A DNA stretch of 64,000 bases from Nemertoderma westbladi. Lineage: Eukaryota; Animalia; Xenacoelomorpha. Within the stretch, counting starts at the first letter, position 1; the number at the start of each line of letters is the position of its first letter. A program made the translations under genes and the position numbers. The notes below the pieces were generated by a model. It was given only the letters and a program-made list of their open reading frames with translations. It searched no databases and was not told the DNA's origin. Shown here one piece after another: positions 28,301 to 40,300 of this stretch. The stretch is taken from the NCBI GenBank assembly GCA_032718475.1, contig JAUCBJ010000519.1:32556-96555 (forward strand), in the 5' to 3' direction.

Positions 28301-31300
28301 ATTTACTTATGTAAACCAAATATCAATCCACATCGTGGTTAGATCACTGCCTTGTTTCGGAGGGGCTGAACCAACACATATCGAAGATAGACGTTCGCTA
28401 TGACCTCGCTATAAACGACCATATTCCCCTTGTTGTAACTGTGGATAATCCTCCATTCACCAGACCTGATGTTGATCCAACTACATTAAATTTTCAAACA
28501 TCGAAAGTCGTTGGCGGCGCTAAAACCAACTGGTTGGCTTCTTCGGAGGGACAAAAGGTTTTGTACTCAAACAAATGCGAAGAACTGCTGTCGAAAATTG
28601 AAGTTCCTTGGTCTGCAATATACTGCACAAATACTACATGTTTAGCTCATAGAGAGGATATTACGAGGTTCAACGACGATATAATTTCGGCTCTAAAGGA
28701 GGCAGAAACCCTATCTTTTCCCTCTTCCAAAACTCATTCGGCGGCATCCGCTCAGTACAACCATATCCCCGGTTGGAACGAAATTGTGAAAGAGAAGTAC
28801 CTCCATTCGAAAGAGCTCTTCTTAATCTGGCGTGAGATGAACAGCCCTCGGGGGGGTCCATTACACGCTCAACTACTTAAGGCGAAAGCCCAGTTTAAGC
28901 GCGCGTATCGAGGTGCCAAACGGGATGCCGATCAACTTCGATCAGACCGTTTGGCCAACTCGCTTGCTGGCAAAAATCCTCGTGATTTTTGGAAACACGT
29001 AAAAAGTAATACTACCTTTCGCACCACGCCTCCCCAAAACGGTGGGTGACGCTAGTGGTGGACCTGCAATTTGCAATCTGTGGGCCGATAATTATAAATT
29101 ACTATTTAATTCCAATAACTCTCCTATTGGTAGTGTGTCAGGAAAGGTCAAGTTTACTACTTTGCAGCGTTGCGGTCTATAGGACGGAACGCTACAAAGT
29201 AATCAATGACATGGAAACTAATTCAATTACCGTATTCTAGAATGTATTATTTCCATTTATGTTAATGATTGCTGCTTTATTATCCAGTTTGCAGTGACGG
29301 GACTAGCTACTGTATGTAAATAATTGTTTAACGTGTACTGTAATACATTATGGCGAAACGTCCAATAGAAGACAATTTAGAGAAAATGACCAAAGAAAAT
29401 GGCGACAGTTTTCAGTAAAACTGAACGGACGAACTAACTTTCTGACAATAGGTCACGGGTTACTAACTTGTTCTGACAATAGGTCACGTGTTCACTTATT
29501 TCGTCGTATAAGGCTTTCTCCCTGGTGGTTTCGGGTCTGTTTTTAAAGGGTAAGGATATCAGGTCAGTTAATCTGTTGGATAATTTATCTAAATAGACTT
29601 TGTGTGCCCGGTTGCTAGGGGTGATACCATCCGGAGACCAGTTGACGATGGAGTTGAACACTTTGTCACGCGGAACCTGAAACAAATGGAGAGGATCTAA
29701 CATCACATATTACAATAATATTCATGCAGTGGTATAATGTGACGGTGTAAATAATGTACCACTTTATATGATAGCAGGGTTGATTATGAAGACGAGTACG
29801 GTAATAAGATTAAGTAATTTCTACACAATTACTTTATTTATCATAAATGTTTTAATATTATTATCATAAATGTGTATAGTCGAATTTTTATTGTAATTAG
29901 TAAACTGGAACTTTAAATTTTAAAATTAACTTGCAACATTTTTTCAACCAAAATAACCAAATAAATTAAAGAAGTAAATACAATGTTGTTTCCTTTGAAA
30001 TCTACGCATTTCTTCACAGAGAGATTTCGTTTCTAAATTGTACACATAGCTCAATGACTACCAGATACCAAAGAATGTGAAATGTATGTATATTATGGCA
30101 ATAATTAGTATCATTCACTAACTATGGTCTATTCTGGGTAGCTAAGGGCCCGTTCATAGATTTGTCACGATTTTCATCGAAATTTGACCCACTCCCTCTT
30201 ATGTCACAGTTTGTCACAAAATTATAAACCCCCCTCCGCCCTGCAACAGATTGTCATGAAAATAATGAATAGGTTTTGAATTAAATAATATTCTTGTATT
30301 AAAAGTCGAAGGTCATGCTTGAGTCGGAGACTTTTAGTAACTTATTTTATTTCCCAGTGACTGAAATAAAATGTGATAAAATATATGGGGGGGGGGGGTT
30401 ATACAACTGCATATGTAAAGACTATATTACACCATGGCCCGTAATATAGTGTCATTTTCTGATGACACGGACCGCCCCCCCCCCCCCAAATTTTTCTACA
30501 AATCTTTATCATATTGTTTGAAATTTGAAACACAACTTGTTCAACTCACCGTGGTTGTTACCATGAAGACGGAATTTTCGATTTCGCACTTCAATTTTTT
30601 TTATAGGTGTTTTAAAAAAGTGTCTTTTGCGAAATTACACCATCATCCGTATCATAGACACAAGGATTCCCAATATGTAACAATATCTGAATTACGTTAA
30701 GAAACAGCTGCGATATAGGCGTTCAAAGATTGCAATAATTATTGTTCGCTGAAGGCCATTTATTCTATTAAATAAATACACGATGTTCTGGAACAATTTG
30801 TTTATGTATGATTAGCTACGCAATATAGATATTGTATAGCATACCGCTGTTACCTACCAACTCAGAAAATAAATAACACGTTCTAGAATTTTGTGCATTT
30901 TTTAAATAGAATAAATGGACTGCAGTGAACAGTAATTCTTGCAATCTTTGAACGCCTTTTTCTCAGCTGTTTCTCAACGAAATTCAGATATTGTTACATA
31001 TTTGGGATCCTTGTAACACAAGCTTTCTATTGATATGAAAAAATTACGACTAAAGTGAAGAATGGCAATGATACGGAGGGTGCGATTTCGCAAAAGACAC
31101 TTTTTTAAAACGCTTATAAAAAAAATTTAAAGGCGAAATCGAAAATTCCGGCTTCATGGTAACAACCACGGTGAGTTGAACTAGTTGTGTTTCAAAGTTC
31201 AAGCAATATGATAAAGATTTGTAGAAAAATCTGGTGGGAGGGTGTCTGTGTCATCTGAAAATGACACTATATTACGGGTCATGGTGTATATTGATTTGAT

Positions 31301-34300
31301 ACCACGCGGTACTAGAAAATAGTCCCAACCCATAAGTCAAACTGAGTCATTTATTTATATTATACAGTAAGTGACATGTACATGGTGATTCTCATCAAAT
31401 CTGTACTGCGTTGCGGACGGGATATTTGATCATTAATACAGAATTGATGAGAATCACCCACATATGGGGCGAGCCATGAGATAATAAGAGTCCATATCTC
31501 TACATTCACTTCTGGACAAACTTAGTTTTCTTAGCGCTTTGAGGTATAAGGGACTTTCCTTTACCAGGGGTTAATAACAAAGCTATTTCCAGTGCGCTCC
31601 CACCAGATTTATACACCCCAGAGGAAACTGATACTCATTTAGCTACCATTTTAGGTTACAAGTGAGAGATGTGTCCAGGAACACAATGCAATAAAAAACA
31701 ATTATATGTAATATAAAAAAATTACATATAAGAATAACCATATAAGAAAGCCATGTAAAGCATTTTTCTAAACTAAAGGCGCACCTTCATATACTGTGTC
31801 GTCACATATGTACGTATCTACCAAGCCAAGTCCCTTCCCCTCCTCAATCTCACAGATTTATCACAAATACTCAAATCTAATACAATTTATAATTTCTAAT
31901 TAGAAAAAATTCAAAAGTTTATTTCAATAACAAACATTCACATTAATAAAGGCATGTAGTCGTTTGTTTAATAACGAACCTTCGCATTAGTAAAGGCATG
32001 TAGTTGTTTGTTTAATAACGAACATTCGCATTAGTAAAGGCATGTAGTTGATTGTTTAATAACGAACCTTTGCATTAATAAAGGAATGTAGTTATTTGTT
32101 TAATAACGAACCTTCGCATTAGTAAAGGCATGTAGTTGTTTGTTTAATAACGAACCTTCGATTAGTAAAGGCATGTAGTTGTTTGTTTAATAACGAACCT
32201 TCGCATTAGTAAAGACATGTTGTTGTTTGTTTAATAACGAACCTTCGCATTAATAAAAGCATGTAGTTGTTTGTTTTAATAACGAACCTTTGCATTAATA
32301 AAGGCATGTAGTTGTTTGTTTTAATAACGAACCTTCGCATTAGTAAAGACATGTTGTTGTTTGTTTAATAACGAACCTTCGCATTAATAAAAGCATGTAG
32401 TTGTTTGTTTTAATAACGAACCTTTGCATTAATAAAGGCATGTAGTTGTTTGTTTAATAACGAACCTTCGCATTAGTAAAGGCATGTAGTTGTTTGTTTA
32501 ATAACGAACCTTCGATTAGTAAAGGCATGTAGTTGTTTGTTTAATAACGAACCTTCGCATTAATAAAGGCATGTATAGTTGTTTGTTTAATTACGAACCT
32601 TCGCATTAATAAAGGCATGTAGTTGTTTGTTTAATAACGAACCTTCGCATTAGTAAAGACATGTTGTTGTTTGTTTAATAACGAACCTTCGCATTAATAA
32701 AAGCATGTAGTTGTTTGTTTTAATAACGAACCTTTGCATTAATAAAGGCATGTAGTTGTTTGTTTAATAACGAACCTTCGCATTAGTAAAGGCATGTAGT
32801 TGTTTGTTTAATAACGAACCTTCGCATTAATAAAGGCATGTAGTTGTTTGTTTAATGACGAACCTTCGCATTAATAAAGGCATGTAGTTGTTTGTTTAAT
32901 AATGAACCTTCGCATTAATAAAGGCATGTAGTTGTTTGTTTAATAACGAACCTTCGCATTAATAAAGGCATGTAGTTGTTTGTTTAATAACGATCCTTCG
33001 CATTAATAAAGACATGTTGTTGTTTGTTTAATAACAAACCTTCGCATTAATAAAGGCATGTATAGTTGTTTGTTTAATGATGAACCTTCGCATTAATAAA
33101 GGCATGTATAGTTGTTTGTTTAATGACGAACCTTCGCATTAATAAAGGCATGTATAGTTGTTTGTTTAATGACGAACCTTCGCATTAATAAAGGCATGTA
33201 GTTGTTTGTTTAATAACGAACCTTCGCATTAATAAAGGCATGTATAGTTGTTTGTTTAATGACGTACCTTCACATTAATAAAGGCATGTAGTTGTTTGTT
33301 TAATAACGAACCTTCGATTAGTAAAGGCATGTAGTTGTTTGTTTAATAACGAACCTTCACATTAATAAAGGCATGTATAGTTGTTTGTTTAATGACGAAC
33401 CTTCGCATTAATAAAGGCATGTAGTTGTTTGTTTAATAACGAACCTTCGCATTAATAAAGGCATGTAGTTGTTTGTTTAATAACGAACCTTCGCATTAAT
33501 AAAGGCATGTAGTTGTTTGTTTAATAACGAACCTTCGCATTAGTAAAGGCATGTAGTTGTTTGTTTAATAACGAACCTTCGCATTAATAAAGACATGTAT
33601 AGTTGTTTGTTTAATGACTAACCTTCGCATTAATAAAGGCATGTAGTTGTTTGTTTAATAACGATCCTTCGCATTAATAAAGGAATGTAGTTATTTGTTT
33701 AATAACGAACCTTCGCATTAGTAAAGGCATGTAGTTGTTTGTTTAATAACGAACCTTCGCATTAGTAAAGGCATGTAGTTGTTTGTTTAATAACGAACCT
33801 TCGCATTAATAAAGGCATGTATAGTTGTTTGTTTAATGACGAACCTTCGCATTAATAAAGGCATGTAGTTGTTTGTTTAATAACGAACCTTCGCATTAAT
33901 AAAGGCATGTAGTTGTTTGTTTAATAACGAACCTTCGCATTAATAAAGACATGTTGTTGTTTGTTTAATAACGAACCTTCGCATTAATAAAGGCATGTAT
34001 AGTTGTTTGTTTAATGACGAACCTTCGCATTAATAAAGGCATGTATAGTTGTTTGTTTAATGACGAACCTTCGCATTAATAAAGGCATGTATAGTTGTTT
34101 GTTTAATGACGAACCTTCGCATTAATAAAGGCATGTATAGTTGTTTGTTTAATGACGAACCTTCGCATTAATAAAGGCATGTAGTTGTTTGTTTAATAAC
34201 GAACCTTCGCATTAATAAAGACATGTTGTTGTTTGTTTAATAACGAACCTTCGCATTAATAAAGGCATGTATAGTTGTTTGTTTAATGACGAACCTTCGC

Positions 34301-37300
34301 ATTAATAAAGGCATGTAGTTGTTTGTTTAATAACGAACCTTCGCATTAATAAAGGCATGTAGTTGTTTGTTTAATAACGAACCTTCGCATTAATAAAGAC
34401 ATGTTGTTGTTTGTTTAATAACGAACCTTCGCATTAATAAAGGCATGTATAGTTGTTTGTTTAATGACGAACCTTCGCATTAATAAAGGCATGTAGTTGT
34501 TTGTTTAATAACAAACCTTCGCATTAATAAAGACATGTTGTTGTTTGTTTAATAACGAACCTTCGCATTAATAAAGGCATGTATAGTTGTTTGTTTAATG
34601 ACGAACCTTCGCATTAATAAAAGCATGTAGTTGTTTGTTTAATAACGAACCTTCTCATTAATAAAGGCATGTATAGTTGTTTGTTTAATGACGAACCTTC
34701 GCATTAATAAAGGCATGTAGTTGTTTGTTTAATAACGAACCTTCGCATTAATAAAGACATGTTGTTGTTTGTTTAATAACGAACCTTCGCATTAATAAAG
34801 GCATGTATAGTTGTTTGTTTAATGACGAACCTTCGCATTAATAAAAGCATGTAGTTGTTTGTTTAATAACGAACCTTCTCATTAATAAAGGCATGTATAG
34901 TTGTTTGTTTAATGACGAACCTTCTCATTAATAAAGGCATGTATAGTTGTTTGTTTAATGACGAACCTTCGCATTAATAAAGGCATGTATAGTTGTTTGT
35001 TTAATGACGAACCTTCGCAATAATAAAGGCATGTAGTTGTTTGTTTAATAACGAACCTTTGCATTAATAAAGGCATGTAGTTGTTTGTTTAATAACGAAC
35101 CTTCGCATTAGTAAAGGCATGTAGTTGTTTGTTTAATAACGAACCTTCGCATTAATAAAGGCATGTATAGTTGTTTGTTTAATGACGTACCTTCGCACTA
35201 ATAAAGGCATGTAGTTGTTTGTTTAATAACGATGCTTCGCATTAGTAAAGGCATGTAGTTGTTTGTTTAATGACGAACCTTCGCATTAATAAAGGCATGT
35301 AGTTGTTTGTTTAATAACGAACCTTCGCATTAGTAAAGGCATGTAGTTGTTTGTTTAATGACGAACCTTCGCATTAATAAAGGCATGAAGTTGTTTGTTT
35401 AATAACGAACCTTCTCATTAATAAATGCATGTAGTTGTTTGTTTTAATAACGAACCTTTGCATTAATAAAGGCATGTAGTTGTTTGTTTAATAACGAACC
35501 TTCGCATTAATAAAGGCATGTAGTTGTTTGTTTAATAACGATCCTTCGCATTAATAAAGGCATGTATAGTTGTTTGTTTAATGACGAACCTTCGCATTAA
35601 TAAAGGCATGTAGTTGTTTGTTTAATAACGAACCTTCGCATTAATAAAGGCATGTAGTTGTTTGTTTAATAACGAACCTTCGCATTAATAAAGACATGTT
35701 GTTGTTTGTTTAATAACGAACCTTCGCATTAATAAAGGCATGTATAGTTGTTTGTTTAATGACGAACCTTCGCATTAATAAAGGCATGTAGTTGTTTGTT
35801 TAATAACGAACCTTCGCATTAATAAAGACATGTTGTTGTTTGTTTAATAACGAACCTTCGCATTAATAAAGGCATGTAGTTGTTTGTTTTAATAACGAAC
35901 CTTCTCATTAATAAAGGCATGTAGTTGTTTGTTTTAATAACGAACCTTCTCATTAATAAAGGCATGTAGTTGTTTGTTTAATAACGAACCTTCGCATTAA
36001 TAAAGGCATGTATAGTTGTTTGTTTAATGACGAACCTTCGCATTAATAAAGACATGTTGTTGTTTGTTTAATAACGAACCTTCGCATTAATAAAGGCATG
36101 TATAGTTGTTTGTTTAATGACGAACCTTCGCATTAATAAAGGCATGTAGTTGTTTGTTTAATAACGAACCTTCGCATTAATAAAGACATGTAGTTGTTTG
36201 TTTAATAACGAACCTTCGCATTAATAAAGGCATGTAGTTGTTTGTTTAATAACGAACCTTCGCATTAATAAAGACATGTTGTTGTTTGTTTAATAACGAA
36301 CCTTCGCATTAATAAAGGCATGTAGTTGTTTGTTTTAATAACGAACCTTCTCATTAATAAAGGCATGTAGTTGTTTGTTTTAATAACGAACCTTCTCATT
36401 AATAAAGGCATGTAGTTGTTTGTTTAATAACGAACTTTCGCATTAATAAAGGCATGTATAGTTGTTTGTTTAATAACGAACCTTCGCATTAGTAAAGGCA
36501 TGTAGTTGTTTGTTTAATAACGAACCTTCGCATTAGTAAAGGCATGTAGTTGTTTGTTTTAATAACGAACCTTCGCATTAATAAAGGCATGTAGTTGTTT
36601 GTTTTAATAACGAACCTTCGCATTAATAAAGGCATGTAGTTTTTTGTTTTAATAACGAACCTTCGCATTAATAAAGGCATGTAGTTGTTTGTTTAATAAC
36701 GAACCTTCGCATTAATAAAGGCATGTAGTTGTTTATTTTTTTCAACAAATTGAGAATCTTCAATAAAAGATTTGTTGGGAATTTCGATACAATCTAGAAA
36801 GTTGTCCACTGATGAGTCCTTCAAGTTGTCTCTGATATCGATAATGTTCCGAGTGCAAACCACCATCTTAGATAAGGGCATCGACCTGGAATACATTGGG
36901 AGAGAGTTATAGACTACTTAACTTAGATAGTAGAGTTAAGCAGCTACGCCTTAACCATGTGCATAAAGTGTATAATGGTAAATGTCCCAATTACCTAAAA
37001 CAAAAATTCAACAGAGTACGTGATACACACTCTTATAGTACCAGAGCTAGTGCTTCAAACTTCTACCTCCCGAATTGTAAATCCTTCGATTCTGATACTT
37101 TCTTTTTTAACGGCATTAAAAATTGGAACGCTCTGCCTAATGAAAATAAAAACCTAGATAATCAACATTCTTTTAAATCTGCAGTTAAATCTCACCTCCG
37201 TGTGCAATGTAAAAATAAATACAATAGTAACTAGAGGCTTACAGTATGTAATTAGGTTATAATAATATATTGATTTAATGTGTTAGGTTTTACAATAATT

Positions 37301-40300
37301 GTACTGTGCATATAGGGACATCTTTATTGTTGAGTTGGTGTACTGCCGCGCTCACGGTAAAGTTGTACAGAGTGTAATTACGTTTCATATTAGTCAATAT
37401 ATCATCTTCACATTTTCTCTCACATGTCACTAGAATAGCAAATAGTTGGTTCGAATTTAAAATGAACGCAGAAGTCATGTAAATAATTCATTGATAAAGT
37501 ACAGCAGTCGATAGAGATGGCTAGCCAGTTCTAGAATATTAATATATATTTAATCTAATATATATCTAGAACACCATGGTTCAACCAAAATATAAAATAA
37601 GAATAATTAGTTAGTTCCATTGTTTACAGTGAGTGGCACAACTAGCTCCATTTGGTTTACTGTTACATTACATTATACTTGGATTAACTATTTTCTAGAA
37701 TACCATTATTAAATTTTATGTACCAGCATATTGAAGTAGGGCCCTCTTTTGGCTCAGTGGCGCAAAGGTAGCGCATCTGACTCCAGATCAGAAGGCTGCG
37801 AGTTCGAATCCCGTCTGGTTCATTTGTTATTTTTCATTAAAAAAAACCAGGTCACAAATATTATTACTATTTGTAACGATTCATTAATAATATTAATGCA
37901 TGCGGTTTGTACGAAATACAACGCTGATAGTGTGAGATGTGCGTAATCCATACTTTACTTTTACTTTATTGCATTGAATGATTGTAACTTTTAGGATAAA
38001 GCCAATATATTTACGCAATATGGCAGGTTGTACAAAATGTTACAGCTATATAGTATAAAATCAAATGATGGATTTGTGAATATGAATTATTATAATTCTA
38101 TCAGAGAAATTAACAAATTTAACAATTAATTACATGGAAATAAAATATAACTTAATATCCCGCTAACGGCTAACATCGAGCGAAAGTTGAAATTCAAAAG
38201 GTTAATTATTACGAAAGTGACAAAATAGACAAAAATAATTATTATTATTTATTGTAGAATCAAGAAGTTTGTTTTCATATCATTTTATTCCTAAAGATAG
38301 ACTTTATGCCAGGCAGTGAGCCTGGCATAAAGTCTATCTTTAGGAATAAAAGCAAATATAATTACAGTATATATTATATTGGAACTAAATTAACATAAAT
38401 ATTAGAGCCATTTGGTTGAAAATACAGATAGTTCAATACATTGAGTTTGGAAGAGTGTGAAACGATTCTAAGGAATAAAAGATATTACTAAAATAATAGC
38501 CTACTAACTCAATACTGCATTGTTTATGATAAATAGATAAACTAACTTTATTTCCTTCTCCAGATCAGATATGAAGTATTTTTCGGCTTCGGATTGGCTC
38601 AATGAACTCCTGCTGTACTTAACGATCGCCTTACTGAGCGGCTGATATACCCGGGTCACCCACTCCCATTGGGCGCGTCTACGTCGGTCGGTCTTCCCGC
38701 TGTCGTAATCCGCGAAGTGGCTTCCTATTGGCTGCAAATAGTAACCCTTGGCAACCCGTGACTCATCCAACGAATACCACGTTTTCAGCAGTCGAACGGC
38801 GTTCTCGCAGGCTGTGAGCTCGGTCACCGTGTCTCGCTTTACGAGGTTCATTGTCTGGATGACCTCGGCGAAACTCTGGCCCAATTTACCGTAATCCTAA
38901 ACGAAATCGGGGTGGTTGTTGTTATTGACAGTAATCCTATCCAAATCGGGGTTGTTGTTGTTATTGAAAGTAATCCTAACCAAATCGGGGTTGTTGTTAT
39001 TATTGACAGTAATCATAAACTAAATCGGGGTGGTTGTTGTTTATTGACAGTAATCCTAAACGAAATCGGGGTGGTTGTTGTTATTGGAAGTAATCCTAAC
39101 CAAATCGGGGTGGTTGTTGTTTATTGACAGTAATCCTAACCAAATCGGGGTGGTTGTTGTTTATTGACAGGTAATCCTAAACGAAATCAGGGTGGTTGTT
39201 GTTATTGACAGTAATCCTAACCAAATCGGGGTGGTTATTGACAGTAATCCTAACCAAATCGTGGTGGTTGTTGTTATTGACAGTAATCCTAACCAAATCG
39301 GGGTGGTTGTTGTTATTGACAGTAATCCTAAACCACATTCGGTTCCTTCACTAACTAACTAACTGACTGCTTACCGAAAGTCTGATAACTCCAATTTAGT
39401 ATTATAAATAATTTTAAATTGAGTATATATTAAAAAATTTAATTGTAGGATGAAAAAAACCCATCACGAAATTAACCAAAGCACCATCTGATAGAACCGG
39501 ACTCTTACCGGACTCAGCGGCACTAGTGCGGCAGTAGTAGTGCGGCACTAGTAGTGCGGCACTCTTAAAAATAAATAAACTTACATCGTAGTCGTCGTAA
39601 TAATCATCTTCATATGTTTTTGTCTTCGCAAGATCCGGGCTAAAAAGTAATAATAAAGTAATGAATGGGGCTAAAAAGTAATAATAAAGTAATGGAGGAA
39701 GAATATTTCATAATGAGAAAAAGCTGATTTTAGAAATAATAATTTTTCAATTTACTTACGTAGGTAGATAGAGAGAGTAGACTTGTTCTGATGGAGTTCG
39801 AAATAGGCGGAAATAATACAAGTAGAAAAAAAAACTATACGCCAATGACAACCACACTGAACCAATCATTATAAATTGGCGAACAGTTCAAAATAAATAT
39901 CACACTCCTCCCACATTCCCAATATCTCTAAGACTAACTCTATGGAGCCGTCAGGTTTGAGACCACGAAGACCGCCAGTCTGAAACTTTGCTTTCAGTTT
40001 CGTGGCCCCGCCTACTTTTATGTTTTTCGCTTGTTTTCGTGTTTCTTTCTTCTTTTTCTGACCATCTGGTTTCTAGAATAAAGAAAAATTAACATTTATT
40101 AACATTAAGGAGGAACATTTGACAGGAAACTGTATGATAAACCGCTGGATAAATGTAAAAATTCTTAAAACAAATTTGTTGCAAAATATCAACCAACCCT
40201 ATTGGGTACCGGGTTCGAGCCCCAATAGGGTCGGTTGATATTTTTCGCTATGGAGAGCATTATCATATTGTCCTATTTACACTATATAATTATTGTACAT

